The notes below the pieces were generated by a model. That model saw only the letters and a program-made list of their open reading frames with translations. It did no database searches and was not told the DNA's origin. A program made the position numbers and the translations under genes. A stretch of 63,998 bases of DNA, counting the filler, from Welwitschia mirabilis (lineage: Eukaryota): the NCBI GenBank assembly GCA_051453625.1. It is 3 parts of one record of this genome, joined end to end, with 100 filler letters (N's around TTAATTAATTAA, not from the genome) between each part and the next. Parts side by side here need not be neighbours in the genome. Positions count along the whole stretch, not along the records: positions 31,348 to 61,915 come from JBOZIK010000001.1; 2 more parts are not named here. One strand, written 5' to 3'. This document shows, one piece after another, positions 37,758-52,879 of this stretch (within the stretch, counting starts at the first letter, position 1; every line of letters starts with the position of its first letter).

Positions 37758-40500
37758 TGTCATATCCCACATTTTGTAAACTTTAATAACTTGGATGTTA
37801 AGAATACTAAGATTTTTAATCAAATGATTAATTACTCTTCTTTAAAGGTCTTATTAATATAAGATGGTATTTCAAATTAGTGTGAATTTGTAATTTTCAT
37901 AATTTTCCATGAAAATGATAATAGTTATGTTATGAAAATTTTTATAAAAAAAAGATATCTAAACATTTAAAATTAGATAATCCCATCATGCAAGGAATTA
38001 AAATCACATGTAAAACTAATAAATTGAAAATTTTAAGAAGACATAATAACATGTTTTACATCTTATTTACTCATTTAAATTCTTGGTAAATGTAATAAGT
38101 GTACTATATTATGAATAGAGATTTGCTTTTTTGTTTTGTGTAATTGATAGATTTTATGCATTATGAAATAAATAAGCATGTGAATAAGTACATGCGGTCT
38201 TACCTAGAACTAAGAATGATAAATGAGTAGATTTAATATACCATGACTTTTATGTTCTTGAGATGTGTAAGGACATTTGATTCATAGCATATTTATTGTT
38301 TTGTTCATTGGAATTGAAGAGTTTATCTCATTATACCATATGATAATTTTGAGATTTGTGCATTTATTATTTTGATGCATGTCTCGAATGAATTAAACAT
38401 ACTTATAAGCTTGTGAAGGATTAAGAAGGAGCTAGCATGAGGAAATGTTGCATGTAATTAATCTTTCTAATTAAAGTAAGAAAATTTCTCACTTTAGTTA
38501 AGTGCATGAGTTATAAATATGATGTCTCTTTTTATATTCTAATGTTACTTATTATTCATCCTACTTCTCAATGATAAATTATGTGATCTTATGAGCTTAA
38601 GCCACATGCCTTTTGTTTATTTATATATCAAAACCCTTTCCTCTCTTTGGATTAGGGGTTAGAGGAAATACTTTCCACTTTCATATAAGTCTATTTTCTT
38701 ATTTCATTTCTTTTTCTTATCATTCTATTTTTTTGTGGAGCTTGGAGCTTGGAAGCTTAAANNNNNNNNNNNNNNNNNNNNNNNCTTTATCAATCTTCAA
38801 CCATTAAGTACTTATTAATCTTTTCAAGTAAAATCTTTACTCATATTATTCACATGATCTCTTTTAAAGATTCTAGTGGAATGATGTGATATTGCATTAG
38901 GGAATTATATATGGTTTTTATAAAATTATGTTATAAAATATTATTTCCTCCAATTAGCTCTCACTAAAATATGGGGAGATATGAGGGGTTTCTTATGCTT
39001 GGTGATTGACATTAATAATGGATGACTATATCCAAGTGACCAAGAGTTTTATTATAAAAGAAAAGGTGAAAAAGGTGGGTACCCATGTTTTTTCTATTAT
39101 ATACAAAATGTTATATTTTTCATCTATTATGTGTAAGGTCTATTTTATTAGGAGTAAAGTCTAATTATCAAAAATCTCTTTTATGCTAGTACTCCTTTAT
39201 GATAATCCTAAGGCTTATAGTAAATTATTTTCTTTGAATTGATTTGATTTTTCTTTCTACATTGATTTGAATAATTAATATTTAGTTAAGATAATATGTA
39301 AATAATTATTTTAGTAAGGATCCTAATTATTTTACTGATTTAAATTATTGCATAACTAGTTGTAGAAACTTTACCATATTTCTTTGTAGTAAAAATCAAA
39401 TTTCAAGAATAGAGGCATAGGTGAAAAATACCATAGCTCATTAACTACTAGGTATAAATTAGTAAACGTTTTTTAATAGGTTTAGTATTATGTTATGATT
39501 ATGAGAATTCAAAAAAAAAAAAATTCTAATGTGTAATACTTATTAAGAAATTTATTTGTTAAAATACATTAAGAAATAAATACAAAAAACAGTAAGCAAT
39601 TAATTTATGTCTCTATAACTAATGGTTAAAATATCTAAAAACTTGAATAGCTTAAGGAATAGAGGATTAAATAATCTTTTCAAAATATCTTAAATTATTT
39701 AAAAACTCACTCTAAGGATTTTAAAAGTTATGGTCATTTTAGTATAGTGAAGTAGGACTATAATTTTAGAAAATTTGCTGTTTTTAACCTTAAATCATAA
39801 CCTTGGATATGATATTTTTAGGATTCTAAGATAGCTTACATTAGTTTTTAAGGATCCTATTATGAGTCTAGGTCATGAAAAACTATTGTAATTTATTTTT
39901 GTTTAAAAATTAATTAATTACTAATTTTTTGATTATGATATCTCTTTAGAGCCCCGAAACATTATAATTAATGCTTTAAATTATAAAAACATTATTGCAT
40001 AAATGTTTGTAAGTAATTTAAGTATATAAGATAAATTTCTATTAGTATCCTTAAGTTTAAATTACTTAGAAATAATATTTTTTAAGGAGGGATACCTCTT
40101 TGACTTTTTGTTTTATCTTTCTTTTAATATGCATGCTTATAAGAGTTTTCACATTAGTATTTTGAGTAACATAAATAGTCCTTAATTTATTACTTATTTT
40201 CATGACTTATAATATATCTATATGGGTCTTAAATAAATAATTACATCCTAATAACCATGCTTGAGATATATTTTCTTTTTTTGTCTTCCTTACCCATAAA
40301 CATGAGATTATGATATAAGCATAGAAGAATGCTTCTAGGATTGATATAGCTCTAGATATGGATGCATTTCTTGAAGTACATTATGTGTTAGTCTGTGATT
40401 TGATACATTTTAAATATTATTATTATTATTATTATTTAAAGAAAGAAAAGAAAATAATATTTTACTTTTTTATATTTTTATTACTATAATCTTAAATATA
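37758..40500. mobile_element. Probable long decayed LTR interrupting the Copia fragment
   Basis: Begins TGTCATATCCC directly after the RT fragment; AT-rich and non-coding; right boundary uncertain. Confidence 0.3.
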
Positions 40501-40953
40501 TAAATATTCTAGTATGTTTGTTTTCGCTTTTATGATTTTTTTTATAAAATAAACCTAATGATGATTAGAATTATTATAAATAAGTAAATAATATATTAAA
40601 TATTTATTAGTTAGAATTGTATACATGCATTTGTGTGGTGTATTCATCAAATAGGACTAAATCAAGATAATCCCAATAATGATCATCTCCATACTTAGAT
40701 TTCATTACCAAAGTGGGCTGCATTTCAATTTTTTTAAATACCCTTTTGGAAGTAGATTTGATCACTACTCTCCTACCCTACCCATGTATAAGATTACTCC
40801 AATTGTATGTCTATGAACTTCATTTTGAAGGAATATGCCTTGGTTATTTTATTCTCTCTTAATGGTGTGAGTCTTTAGTTGTTTGGGTGTATTCTTCCTT
40901 GTTTATCATTTTATTACTTCACTCTCATCCTTAAGAGTACTTGGTCATGTGAA

Positions 40954-41017
40954 ATATATATATATATATATATAGAGAAAGAGAGAGAGAGAGAGAGTGA
41001 GAGAGAGAGAGAGAGAG
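40954..41017. repeat. Compound microsatellite (AT)n(GA)n
   Basis: About 10 AT units followed by an interrupted GA run. Confidence 0.95.
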
Positions 41018-43349
41018 AAATTAGAATAAATAAATAATGGCCATAATCTTTTATATCTAAGTTAAAAACATGATCATCATGATGTCCTACCGCACGGCGG
41101 TAAATTTTCCCAAAAGGGACTTTGATACTATTTGTAGCTGTGGAAATTCCACCAGGGGGTTAGTTGGCCATGCTTCATGTGTTCTTACTCCTCTAATATT
41201 TGTTTCACTCCCCTCATTATAAAAATAATTATCATTTAGAGGGTACAAGACCAGTGATGTCCTTGGTGTTATCATAGACATTGCTTATTTCTTATACTTA
41301 TTGAGTATACTATATTCCTACATGATAATTTTAATTTTTTGAATTCTAATGTGGTTTTGAAGTATAAGTAGGTGGGTTCATTTCTGAGTAGCTTTTGATC
41401 TTATCATTTATTATTTGAAAACATTAGATGTAATTGACATCGTCATAGTCACTGCCTCTTTAAGTGGTACTTTATGAAGATTTTTTAACATCATTTCATG
41501 CATCATTGATCAGGTGATTTTATAATTTCTAACAAGGAATTTCGCTAAGTTAGAATTTAGAATAGGTACATAATATTATTCATGTTCCTAGTTATCCATT
41601 TTCATTTTGTTTTCTTTAGTTGTCTTCCTTAGTATTTCAAAGTCATTTCTGTACTTTTTCATCACAAATACATAGGACTTAATCCTTTAGTAATATTCTT
41701 GTTATTTTCATTTTCACTCATAGTTTTTATCTCTAGGAGTTCACATTCTTTTAGAATTTTCATAGATGAGGTTCCTTTAGTTCTTGATGATAATTTTTTC
41801 CATTGATTCTTTTAGCATTTTTTTAAGTTTTGGCATACACTTGCTATTTTTAAATGATTTTGAGTTTGGAAATAATTAAGAATTCTTTTTAGCATTGCTT
41901 CTTTCTACTTGGTACATTATCACTGCCTTATTTTGATACTCTTTCTCTACCTTAAGTTAGTCTTANNNNNNNNNNNNNNNNNNNNNNNNNNNNNNNNNNN
42001 NNNNNNNNNNNNNNNNNNNNNNNNNNNNNNNNNNNNNNNNNNNNNNNNNNNNNNNNNNNNNNNNNNNNNNNNNNNNNNNNNNNNNNNNNNNNNNNNNNNN
42101 NNNNNNNNNNNNNNNNNNNNNNNNNNNNNNNNNNNNNNNNNNNNNNNNNNNNNNNNNNNNNNNNNNNNNNNNNNNNNNNNNNNNNNNNNNNNNNNNNNNN
42201 NNNNNNNNNNNNNNNNNNNNNNNNNNNNNNNNNNNNNNNNNNNNNNNNNNNNNNNNNNNNNNNNNNNNNNNNNNNNNNNNNNNNNNNNNNNNNNNNNNNN
42301 NNNNNNNNNNNNNNNNNNNNNNNNNNNNNNNNNNNNNNNNNNNNNNNNNNNNNNNNNNNNNNNNNNNNNNNNNNNNNNNNNNNNNNNNNNNNNNNNNNNN
42401 NNNNNNNNNNNNNNNNNNNNNNNNNNNNNNNNNNNNNNNNNNNNNTTGGACTTCATAATAACTCTTTGAGGCCTCACTGTTGTTGTTATTGACTCATTCA
42501 CTTTGCTCAGATCTTAGTTTCTTTCAATCTTTCTTAGAGGCCTTTAATCTACTTGGTCATGTAGATGACATAGGTGGATGACACATAAAAGCATTTTCAT
42601 CTTATTCTTCTTATGCTAATGTAATACAGGTTGTATTGATTCATAAGTCGGAGGGTAGACTAGGATATACCTTTGAGATATTTTAAAGCAAAAATTTTAA
42701 TTATGTGGGTTATTTTTGAGCTTTTATGATACATGTATAAAATGTGTTGGTCTATTTATGATTTTATATTATTTTTGTGATATGATTTATGGGCATTATT
42801 TAGCAGGCCTCTACATTTACTATTTCAGTAGGATCTTAGTACATAATTTCCAGATGAAGAAGAGCATTTTCCTTTTCCACTTTTACCTATGAGCTCCCAT
42901 GCAGACTTCACTATAAGAGGAGTGATGTTATGATTATTTTTGATATATTTCATCCTTATATATTATACTTAATACTCACTGATTAATTTATACATATCAT
43001 TTTGAGTTGTTACTAATTTGATTATATATACACATCATCATTTTTTTTTAGTTATCATAATTATATCTTATGATGATTTTTGTCTATGACATCTAAATTT
43101 TACAATGTAATAAAAATTTTAAATGGGAACTAATGCAAATTGCAATTATATTATTTTTTAATGATTATAATCATAGGCATTTTATTTTTCAAATCCCATT
43201 TTTAAAGTCGATTATACCCATCCTTGTTTAGACAATGCATAGGACGATAGTACATTCACACACTCTACCAAGGTAATACATCTAGTTTATCAAATTCTTA
43301 CATTTGTTCCTACATGAGGAGATTTCTAAACTTAATTTACATTTTCCTA

Positions 43350-44660
43350 ATTAATGTTTATCATAGTCAATTTGGTTTTTAATTTGTAGTTATTTTCTTA
43401 CTTTCTCATGGATTGATAAGGCTAAGTGAGGGGCTATGTTGCAATGCCAAATTATATGTATTTGATGGAGTATTTAAGTATTTTTACAAGATTTTCAATA
43501 GGTTTAAGTATATTTTTAATCATCACAGAGAATCAAAGGGATTATCACATAAGAATGCAATCCTTATAGCATTTGAAGGCATTTTAGATAGATTCTGATA
43601 TTTGGCATCCTAAAGAGAAGTCTAATGATCTAGAAAGCTAATTTTCCTTAGCTAGAGAGCTCAAGAGCCTATCATTTACCTTATCATCTAAATGACATAG
43701 GTGATGACATATTAAGAGCTAACAAATATGTCAATTTAGATTAGAGCTGGAAGTTGATGTCATTTTTTTGATATGGCATCATCACCATGGTCATTTAAAA
43801 TGATAGATAGGATGACACGTATTTCTAAGTAATGACAAATCTAATTTTGTAATGATCTCATGAACCCCTCTAAGTTACTAGGCTTTGTCTGAGCCATTAG
43901 GACTTTTTTTAATCTTTAGAAACTTCTGTGTCAAAAAAAAAATAAATACATCTTACCCTCATTTCTGAGACTATCTTTTTTACCTAATAATCTTGTGGTG
44001 GGAGATTGAAAAGAAGAGGTTCATCCATAATTACAGAGAGAATTCTTCCTTGGTTTTGGATTATGTATCCTGCATTGAGGAGTTGTTTCTTTGTAAGTGG
44101 ATGATTTATTCAAAATTAATAATATAGTTGCTTTATTTCTATTATGTACATATCCCTTATGGTTTATGTTGGTTACGATTTTATAACAACTTCATAGTTA
44201 ATCTAGATCATGATAGCAATCTTTGTTAAGGTTAATGTTATTAGTTTAGTGTTTGCATTACATTTCTATAAATAGAATAGTTGCATTTCATTATATTTTG
44301 TTCGATGTACCTTATCATCTACATTGGATAGGATTTAGTGATAGCATTTCCTAATTGATTTAGATTATGAAGGCTGATCTTTATTATAGGAAGATTAGCA
44401 GTTAAATAGACCTATTACTGAAGATATTTTTATTTGCATCTCATCTATAAGCATTGCATTTGCATTCATCTTGCATTTTATTTCTACATTATTCTTATTT
44501 CTTAAGCTTGAATAGCAAATACCAAAATACTTTGCTCAAATCAATTCTCTAACTTCTTGCCTTAATGCCTTTGAAAAAATATAACATTCAAGTTAACTCT
44601 CATCTATACTAGCATGTGTTTTGTGCAAGCATTTGTGATTTACAGGATTTGGTTGAAGAC
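43350..44660 (+). mobile_element. LTR-like repeat (probable solo LTR), same family as 60410-61200
   Basis: AGCATTTCCTAATTGATTTAGATTATGAAGGCTGATCTTTATTA (44343-44386) matches the reverse complement of ~60656-60700; further collinear blocks follow. Confidence 0.55.
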
Positions 44661-44999
44661 TTAAAATATTGCAAAAGTACATATTGCAACATTAAGTAAA
44701 TAGTAGTTTTTGTGTACTAATGCTTTCTAAGCTTTTTATAGCTCGTAAAGTAACTTAATTAGTCTATACATTTTCAATTCTTTACCTATTACTTTAAAAT
44801 ATTTAGGTTGTATCATATATGTTTCTTCTTTAATATCTCCATTAAGAAAGGTAGTTTATATGTTTGATTGATGCATCTTCTATTCTTTACTAAGTTACTA
44901 AGCTAATTATAGTTTTGATGATATCCCATATAGCTTTCTATGTAAGAACTTCATTATAGTCTAATCATTTTCTTTGATATAGGCCTATAAAAATAAGAT

Positions 45000-46300
45000 G
45001 ATCTTTGTATTATTTAAGGATATTATCTACTTTATACTTATTGTATAATATACATTTTTTACCTAACATAGTGCAACCTAAGAAAATATTAACCAACTCA
45101 TATGTACCATTTCCTAGAATATCATCGTATTTTTCTTTCATGAATTGGGTTCAATTATCATGTAAAATGACATTTTTGAAAGAGGTTGTTTCATCATAAA
45201 AGGTTAAATGAAGCTTATCATCATCATTAAGAGATGCATGAGATCTCTATATATATATTTTCCCCCTTTTCATCATTATAAACATCTTGAACTATACTCT
45301 AAGTAATGACATGATTCTTATCTTTAGGAATGAGCAACATTCTTACTAGGATAATCCAATGAGTTATTACTAGATTAATGTTCATATGTTCTAGATACAT
45401 GAAAATGATTAATTCTTCTAGGTTATCTTATCGCAAAACATTTTCACTAGAAGGAAATAAGAAATTAAAACTAGTGAACACATCTCTGTTCTTAACTATA
45501 GAACATTGAGCATTAATATTTGCAAAAGATGAGAGGTAGTATGTAGCTTGAAAAGATCAAGATAAGAATTACTATATTAAGTTTGAGAGAGATGATAAAC
45601 TTGCAATGCTCAAGAAGATACACATAATATCCTTTCTAGCTTGTTGGATATCCCATAAAGATGTCGATATGAGCATGTGTACTAAGCTCATCATGATGCT
45701 CAGTAAGAATATGGACATGGCATTTACAACTCAACACATAAAGATGGGTTATACTAGGCTTATATTAATTTCATTTTTTAGTAAGGAATACATCTTTTTC
45801 AAAGGCATGATCAATACAATTATTAAAATAGATCATGATACCAGCAACTTCATCTCATAAATAGGTTTTGTAACCATTAAAGTACAATATTAAATGCATC
45901 TTATCCATTATGATCTAATTGAACCATTCAATGATGTCATGCTATTGAGGTGCTCCTAGGCATGTTTTCAAATGATGAATGCCTTCTAAAATAAGAAAGT
46001 TCTTAAACTTAATTGATGTATCATCATCATCATTATTATAATGAAATCCTTTAATCTTATTATTAATTTCTATTTCCATTATTTCTTTGAAAATATTGAA
46101 AATATTTAGAGAAAGAGACTTTTATTCCATAAAAGGCATTCAAGTCATATGAAAAAAATTGTCTATGAATGATATACAATAATAATATTCTTGAAATGTA
46201 AATATGATTACAGACCACATAGATCACTAAAAATGAGCATAAGCTTCCAATCAACATATTAATTGCTTACAGGAAAACATTATCATATTGCTTTAACCAT
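45000..46300 (-). mobile_element. Highly degenerate Copia pol remnant
   Basis: Scattered minus-strand motifs such as GTYELVNIFLGC (TWELVDLPPGC-like) and GYYVYLL; heavily deleted. Confidence 0.4.
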
Positions 46301-49300
46301 TATACATGTTCCACATTAATAAAACTCTTATGGAATGAAGAGTAGAAGACAATGTTCATTCTCATGCATTATACCTAAAGAATAAGGATTGTGATGACCT
46401 AAGTAAGCATGCCATACAAGTGATGAATAAAATTATTTTTTAATATATGATAGAAAATTTCATATGTACCAAAACATCCTTAAAGATGTGTTACTCTCTT
46501 ATCTATATATCCTTTTATAACAAAGTTCTAGGAACTATTAAAAATATTAATGGAATTATTTATCATGAATATTAAATGATATACTCTAATCAAAGTAAAA
46601 CGGTAGAGAAGATGTAATGTAACCTCAAAGAGGAGACATACAAAACATGACAAAGCATTTTTAATGTGACAAAAGATAACTGAAAGGTAATTATACAATG
46701 ATGTTCTATAATAAATAGAGTTCTATCTATGATGTAAAATTGATTAGGAAATGTTATGAAATCATTAAAATCGTCATTTTTATATGTCATATGCTAGATT
46801 ATGATATTATCTAGAATTTAAGTTTTATCATCAGGTATGTTTCCACTCATACATATAAATCATGTCTTTGAAAGATGACATTAAGTTCATAGCATTCATT
46901 ATTATCTATAAAACTAGAGTTATAAGTAACTACATTTGCCTTAAGAGTAGATTTTATTTTATTCTAAGATATCTAATAATAATTGGTGGTATGACCTTAT
47001 CTTCTAAATTATGAATATCGACATGTTCACTTCTTCAAAATAACGTTATTCTGATATGATTCTTGCTTCAACTAAAATTGGCGGCATAGAAAAGATGGAG
47101 TGGATTACTATTTATAAAGATATTTTTCCTTATCAGTATGTATGATATTAAGAAGATATTTACTCAAATAATGTTTAGTAGAATGTGGTCCACTATGAGA
47201 ATGTAACACTTTGTAGATTCAAAGGATGAGGAACTAATAAAGTTAAACTATGATCTGATAATAACAAGATCCTTACTAAGTTTATTAAAAGTCATTTGTA
47301 TAGTTTCATACTAGCATTAAGTAACATAATATACCTACATAAAAATAGATCCTCTAAACAATACGTAACCAAGTTGATGTAATGTATGCAAACTTGATTT
47401 TATGATTTAATTTTAGCAAACTTTGGCTTAATATTAGTAATTAGTGTAATTGATTATCACATATTAATTTCTCATAATGTAATTTTTTAATAGTTGTTAT
47501 AAGAGTAATAATATTTAAATCATTCTTTAAGTAGAATGTATCCTCTAATGTGATGAAATTGTTCTAACTAGTATTACTACAATGTACTAAGTTCTTATGT
47601 TGTTAATCCATAAATTCTCTTATGATTCCTATCAACTTACTAATGATATACTTTTAATTACATTTCTTCCTTTAAATGTTAAAGAAAAACATGTGCTTTC
47701 TAAAATAAATCAGTGTCAAAACTATATACGTATATAGTAGATGTGAACTATTCATGTTAATATTTCAAACTCTAATGATCTTAAGGAGTGATTGATGTGT
47801 TGACGGTGATTTTGATTGTTAATACTAGTATGAAGGAGTCTAACAAGATATGAAACTTCTCCTTTAATGTTGCCATATCTAATTAAATAGAAAGGATATT
47901 TGATAATCCATCAGGTATAGTAAATTTTTAGGGTAATATTGCTTACATTTATAATTAAATAATGGACCTATTCTTCACATAAAGAAAACTTGTTCAATCA
48001 GATAAGAAATCATCAAGAGGAAAACTTAATAGTTAAGTTAAAAAGAAATATTGCTGACATTCACAAGTTTCAGAGATTTATCAAATCACAATGGAACTAA
48101 TCAATTTGAAAGGAATCTTACTCACACATATAACTGAAATGATTTATTTAATCAACAAAAGTATAATAAAATAATAAAGCTAACCGTATAACAACCACAT
48201 GTATAAAGAAAAATAAAGTAATTTTATTTAAAAAACCTTATTAAAAGTGGTATATTTTAATGTAAGGGACTTCAATGATTAAGTAAAATCTTTATTAATT
48301 TTAGATATTTATCCCAATATAGGTAACGATCACATCCTCTCCAATGGTATAACCCTTATCTCCAAAAAATAAGTAAAAGAACAAAGTGTAAATCATCTCA
48401 ACAAGGTGTCCAACTTATTAACAAGTTTTAGCCCCTTTTGTTATATACCCCTCTTTCAGGGAGAGCATGATAAAATGTTGGTAATCTACTTATACCTTAG
48501 TAAATTTTAATTTATTACACTTATGCCTTTCTATCAACTTGATGATGAAAAGTAAGCACATCCTACCTTTGTGCCTCTAGTCTTTACCAAATACACCTTT
48601 GATTACCAATGCATGGGATCTGGGCCTTATGATGCTTGAGATATTTTTACTTAAGAGAGATATGTCTCTTCATATATGTAAACCATAAAGTTATGATAGT
48701 TAAATACTAGTCAATAATCTTAGAGGATGATGTAGCTTAATATATATTAATGTTTATAGAAGGCTTTTCCTTCATAACAGAAACCAAGATTTATTATTAG
48801 TTAAAAATGGAATGTGATTAAGGAGTGGGTAATTGCTAATTTTAAATCTTAAAAAAATCAAACATTTAGAGATTTACATTAAGTACAAGAAATAAAAATC
48901 AAACAAATAAAAAAAAATTAATTTTAGTATAGTCAACTTAAATGGATCTTACTTAACATCCCAAATTTGATTTGGTATATCTAAATTACAAGTGAAAGAT
49001 GGTTTAACTTTAAAAAAATAAAGTAAAACACACCTCAGTCCACATCCTAACATGACTTCATGCAATAAAAAAGAGAGTTTAATGGGCTTATAATGATTAA
49101 AACTGCCCAAATAAAAAATGCACTAAAAAATGCATGTATGCATACAAAGGCTAAATGCTTAGCATAAAAATATTTGTGCACAACCCCAATAAAAAGGATA
49201 GAATAAATTTTTAAATGGACATCTTGTTAGAATAAGTTTACAAAATTTAATAAGGAGAATCATTTCAATGGAGAATGAAGAATATGGTATAGTAGATAAT

Positions 49301-51178
49301 ATATAAAGGAATACTTAGCTAGAGTAATTTTCATGATAATGTTAAACAACATTGGAATAAAGATGAATATTTAATTTTAAAAAACCCTAGACATAGTAGA
49401 ATAGTTAGAAGCATAGATGGTAAATAAAATTTTTAGAAAACAAAAAGTAAATATAAGGCACTAGGGTAGTGCAAAATGGTACCCAAAGTTACACGGATGA
49501 TCAAGAAGGGTGAATAGCATGGGATAATAGACAAAGTGGTATCATACAAAAAAGATTTTTAGTTTTTTAGTTCTCTAAAATACTCTAATCACTGCATTTT
49601 CATATTAGATAGAAAGATAAATAGTGAAAATTTTACCAATCACATAGATAAAAATCACTAGTTCTTCAAGTCTAATAAGAGGCCTTCTCATTTCTTCTTT
49701 TGAATTTTAAGTAGAATATCATTATCTGAATCTAATCTTGCTCTTGAAATCCATTAAATATAATATGTAACTTGTAGAACATATCTTTTCTTTTATTTTC
49801 TACATGTTAAAATTTTTGAAAAACACCTAATCTTTATTTTATATTTTGCAAAATGTATGATTTGATAAATCCTTAACTCTATGAGAATATTCATTTATTT
49901 ATTTCAATTACTTTATCTAAAGAAAAGGGTTTTCTTTTTTTCACTTGTTTATTTCAATTCCTTATGTTCAAAACTCAATTTTACTATCTTGACACTCCTA
50001 GAAAGAATGGAATACAAAGCTGTGAAAGTGAGACAGGGTCTAGGCCTAGAAAGGCCTAAAAAGACAAAACAATCCAAGGATTTATACTTTGTTAGCCTTT
50101 TTATTATTTTTCTATTACATTGTTTTCTTCTTAATAAAAAGAATGATAGAAAAAAAGAATTATGTGAATAATTTTAGGTGCATGATAAGATGGACAATAG
50201 GCTAACAACTCATGGATATGCTACTTTGATGTCATAGAGGAAAAACATTTCACATTTTAGATTATAAAAATAATGTATTAATCAAAGTTAATTCATTAGT
50301 TACATAAATACACACTTTAGACTTTAAGCTTTTTAAGGTTATAATTAAAAATATTAAGTACTGTGAAATGTAGTAATTAGAATAGATGTCATGAAGTACA
50401 TGGTATTAATGCTATTCTTACAATTTTCCTATGGTCTTAAAGTATGTGTGACTATGAGGAAGATTATAGCATGATTGGATTTATTTCTCTTCTTGTCAAA
50501 ACACACTAACATAAAAACACAGAGGTGTAGTGAAAGTGTCCTCTTACAACTACAAAGTGAACTATTCTTATGTGTAGACGTTAAGATACATGTTAAATGA
50601 TAGAGTTGTAAGATTTAAGCACTATCATGAAAAATGCTTAGATATAATGAAACAGATGGTTTTTACCCCAAAATTTTTTTGAAACAGATGATAAAATCCC
50701 TGAATCAACTTAGTTATTAGGGCTTTTTCTATCTCAACTATGATTGTTTTTTAGCCTAAACTATAGCTATAGTATCTCATCTAATCCCTTAAGAATCCCC
50801 CCATCAGTTGTCTACTTGGGTTCATTTAGGATCAATGAAGAGCAAATACTAAAACTAGTATCATTTCAAATTTAATTATCAATTATCATCATAATTCATT
50901 ATAGGTATAGAAAATGGGAAAACATAGGTATAAAAATAAGATCTAAAGAAAATGATCATTTCTTTAGAATAGGAAAAAACCTACAACACTAGATCTAAGT
51001 GAAAACACATGATAAAATATGCACACCTAGAACACCTTGTAAATACTACTCAAAAACTATGAAAATACTACTAAATATTTAAAAAATTAAAGATTAGAAA
51101 AATTTAAGCAAGTTAAGCCTATGAAAACATGCAAGAAGGCATGCTGGATCCTTAAGAGACTCAAGAATCCTAGACTAA

Positions 51179-51190
51179 GCTTTGATATCA
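51179..51190 (-). other. Degenerate tRNA-iMet primer-binding site
   Basis: Minus strand TGATATCAAAGC versus consensus TGGTATCAGAGC (two G-to-A changes). Confidence 0.4.
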
Positions 51191-52879
51191 AAGGTAAGAG
51201 TAAACTTGAATATTAAAAGAAGAGTAATATTTGAAAATATGTTTTATTTATTCTCCTCTATTTTAAAATGCAAAGTTTGCTTTAATAAATAGGCACACCT
51301 AACTAGGTTTCATAGCAACACAGTATAACTTATTAGGATCCTAGCAGTAGAAGCCATCAATAACATTCATGATGATGCCAAAGAAGTCTATTCTTTAAAA
51401 GACTTTTTTTGATTAAAAAGGGATACAAACTAATTATTTTTATACATAAAGTTTTATAAATAAAACCCCTCCATGTTGAGAATATTAGAACACATAAAGA
51501 CAGGGAATCAAATAGCCTTATGGGTGAGGAAATCATTTCTTTCTTAACCAATATCGTCAAAAATATTAAAGGTACTAATGAAGGTAAAGAAACTAAATTT
51601 TAGTTAGATATTTCACTAAGGAATATAAGATAGTGATGAGCAATAAGTAATGAAACTTAGAGTTTAAATTTTATTTAAAAATTAAAATTATTCTGCCTAG
51701 AAATATTAAAGATGAGAATTTCATATGAGTTTAGAATATACATTATGATGGATTAGGCCTTTGAATATTTAATGCTTAGTAAAATGCATATGAACACATT
51801 GCCATGCTTCTTCTTGTTGTGTAGACATAATAATATTAAGTCTCCAATTATTACCTATAATGGCTTTAAGTACTAGAAAATAGGCACTTTCACCTCTTGT
51901 CTAAAGGGATGATCAATTTGTATCTACAGTTTTAGAATTTAAAAATGAAAATTGCATATGGAGAGATGTCAGATACTAAGAAAATGTATTTTAAACTTTA
52001 AAAACATAAGTGAAAATGCAAGGCATAAGAATTATTAAAGGAGAGAGGAATGTAAACCAAATCCCACTCTATAAAAGGCACACTAGAGATAAGATTTAAA
52101 TGACAGATGCACCAGAGAGAAACAAATCTTACTCAAAGTAAAAATATTTTCAAACCTTAGGATTAAGGATTTATTATTAAATAGATATCCTTGGAATTAG
52201 CACTTATATACCATTTTTAAAACACAATGAAATAATAGTAAAAGAATTATTTTATTCTTAAATTCGATGGGTTTAAGTACAAATGAAGTATGATTTTTAG
52301 CATTCAAAAATATACTCATTCTAAATAAATAATCCTAAAAAATCTTAGCTGATTATTTAGAACATTGAGCATTTCTTAGTGTGTCATGTATTGAAAAAAA
52401 TAAATTGTATTTAATTTATAACAAAATGGAAAATAATTTTCTCAATTAAGAGGAAAGAAACTAGTATTAGAACCTTATAATGAGATAAAACCTCTTCAAA
52501 GTCATAGTATCCATAAAGAAATTAATTACAAATAAGGAAAAAGAGTAAAGAAATGAAAATCCAAAAGTATTCTATGGTAAAATAGTAATATAATTTAGGG
52601 TAAAAACCAAAAACATCTAACCCTTGATGTAGGTCATGATCTTATGTCCTTTAGATTAGAATTTTACATTTAATTATACATGCTTAGATACAAGTGCAAA
52701 AAGCCTAGACATCAGAGATACGAGTATTCTTTAAATAAGGAAACCATGCATATAACTATAATATATGAGCATGATGAAACCAATGGAAATGAAAAAAATA
52801 AAAGAAAAGAAAAAATAAATACAAAAGATTATAGGCAAAAAGGAAGATAAGTTATATGTCAAAAGAGTTCCTATGTGAG

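Noticed and set aside
41909-42501. Long ORFs of 184-186 aa (also 55338-56126)
   Set aside because: Made almost entirely of N-gap codons.
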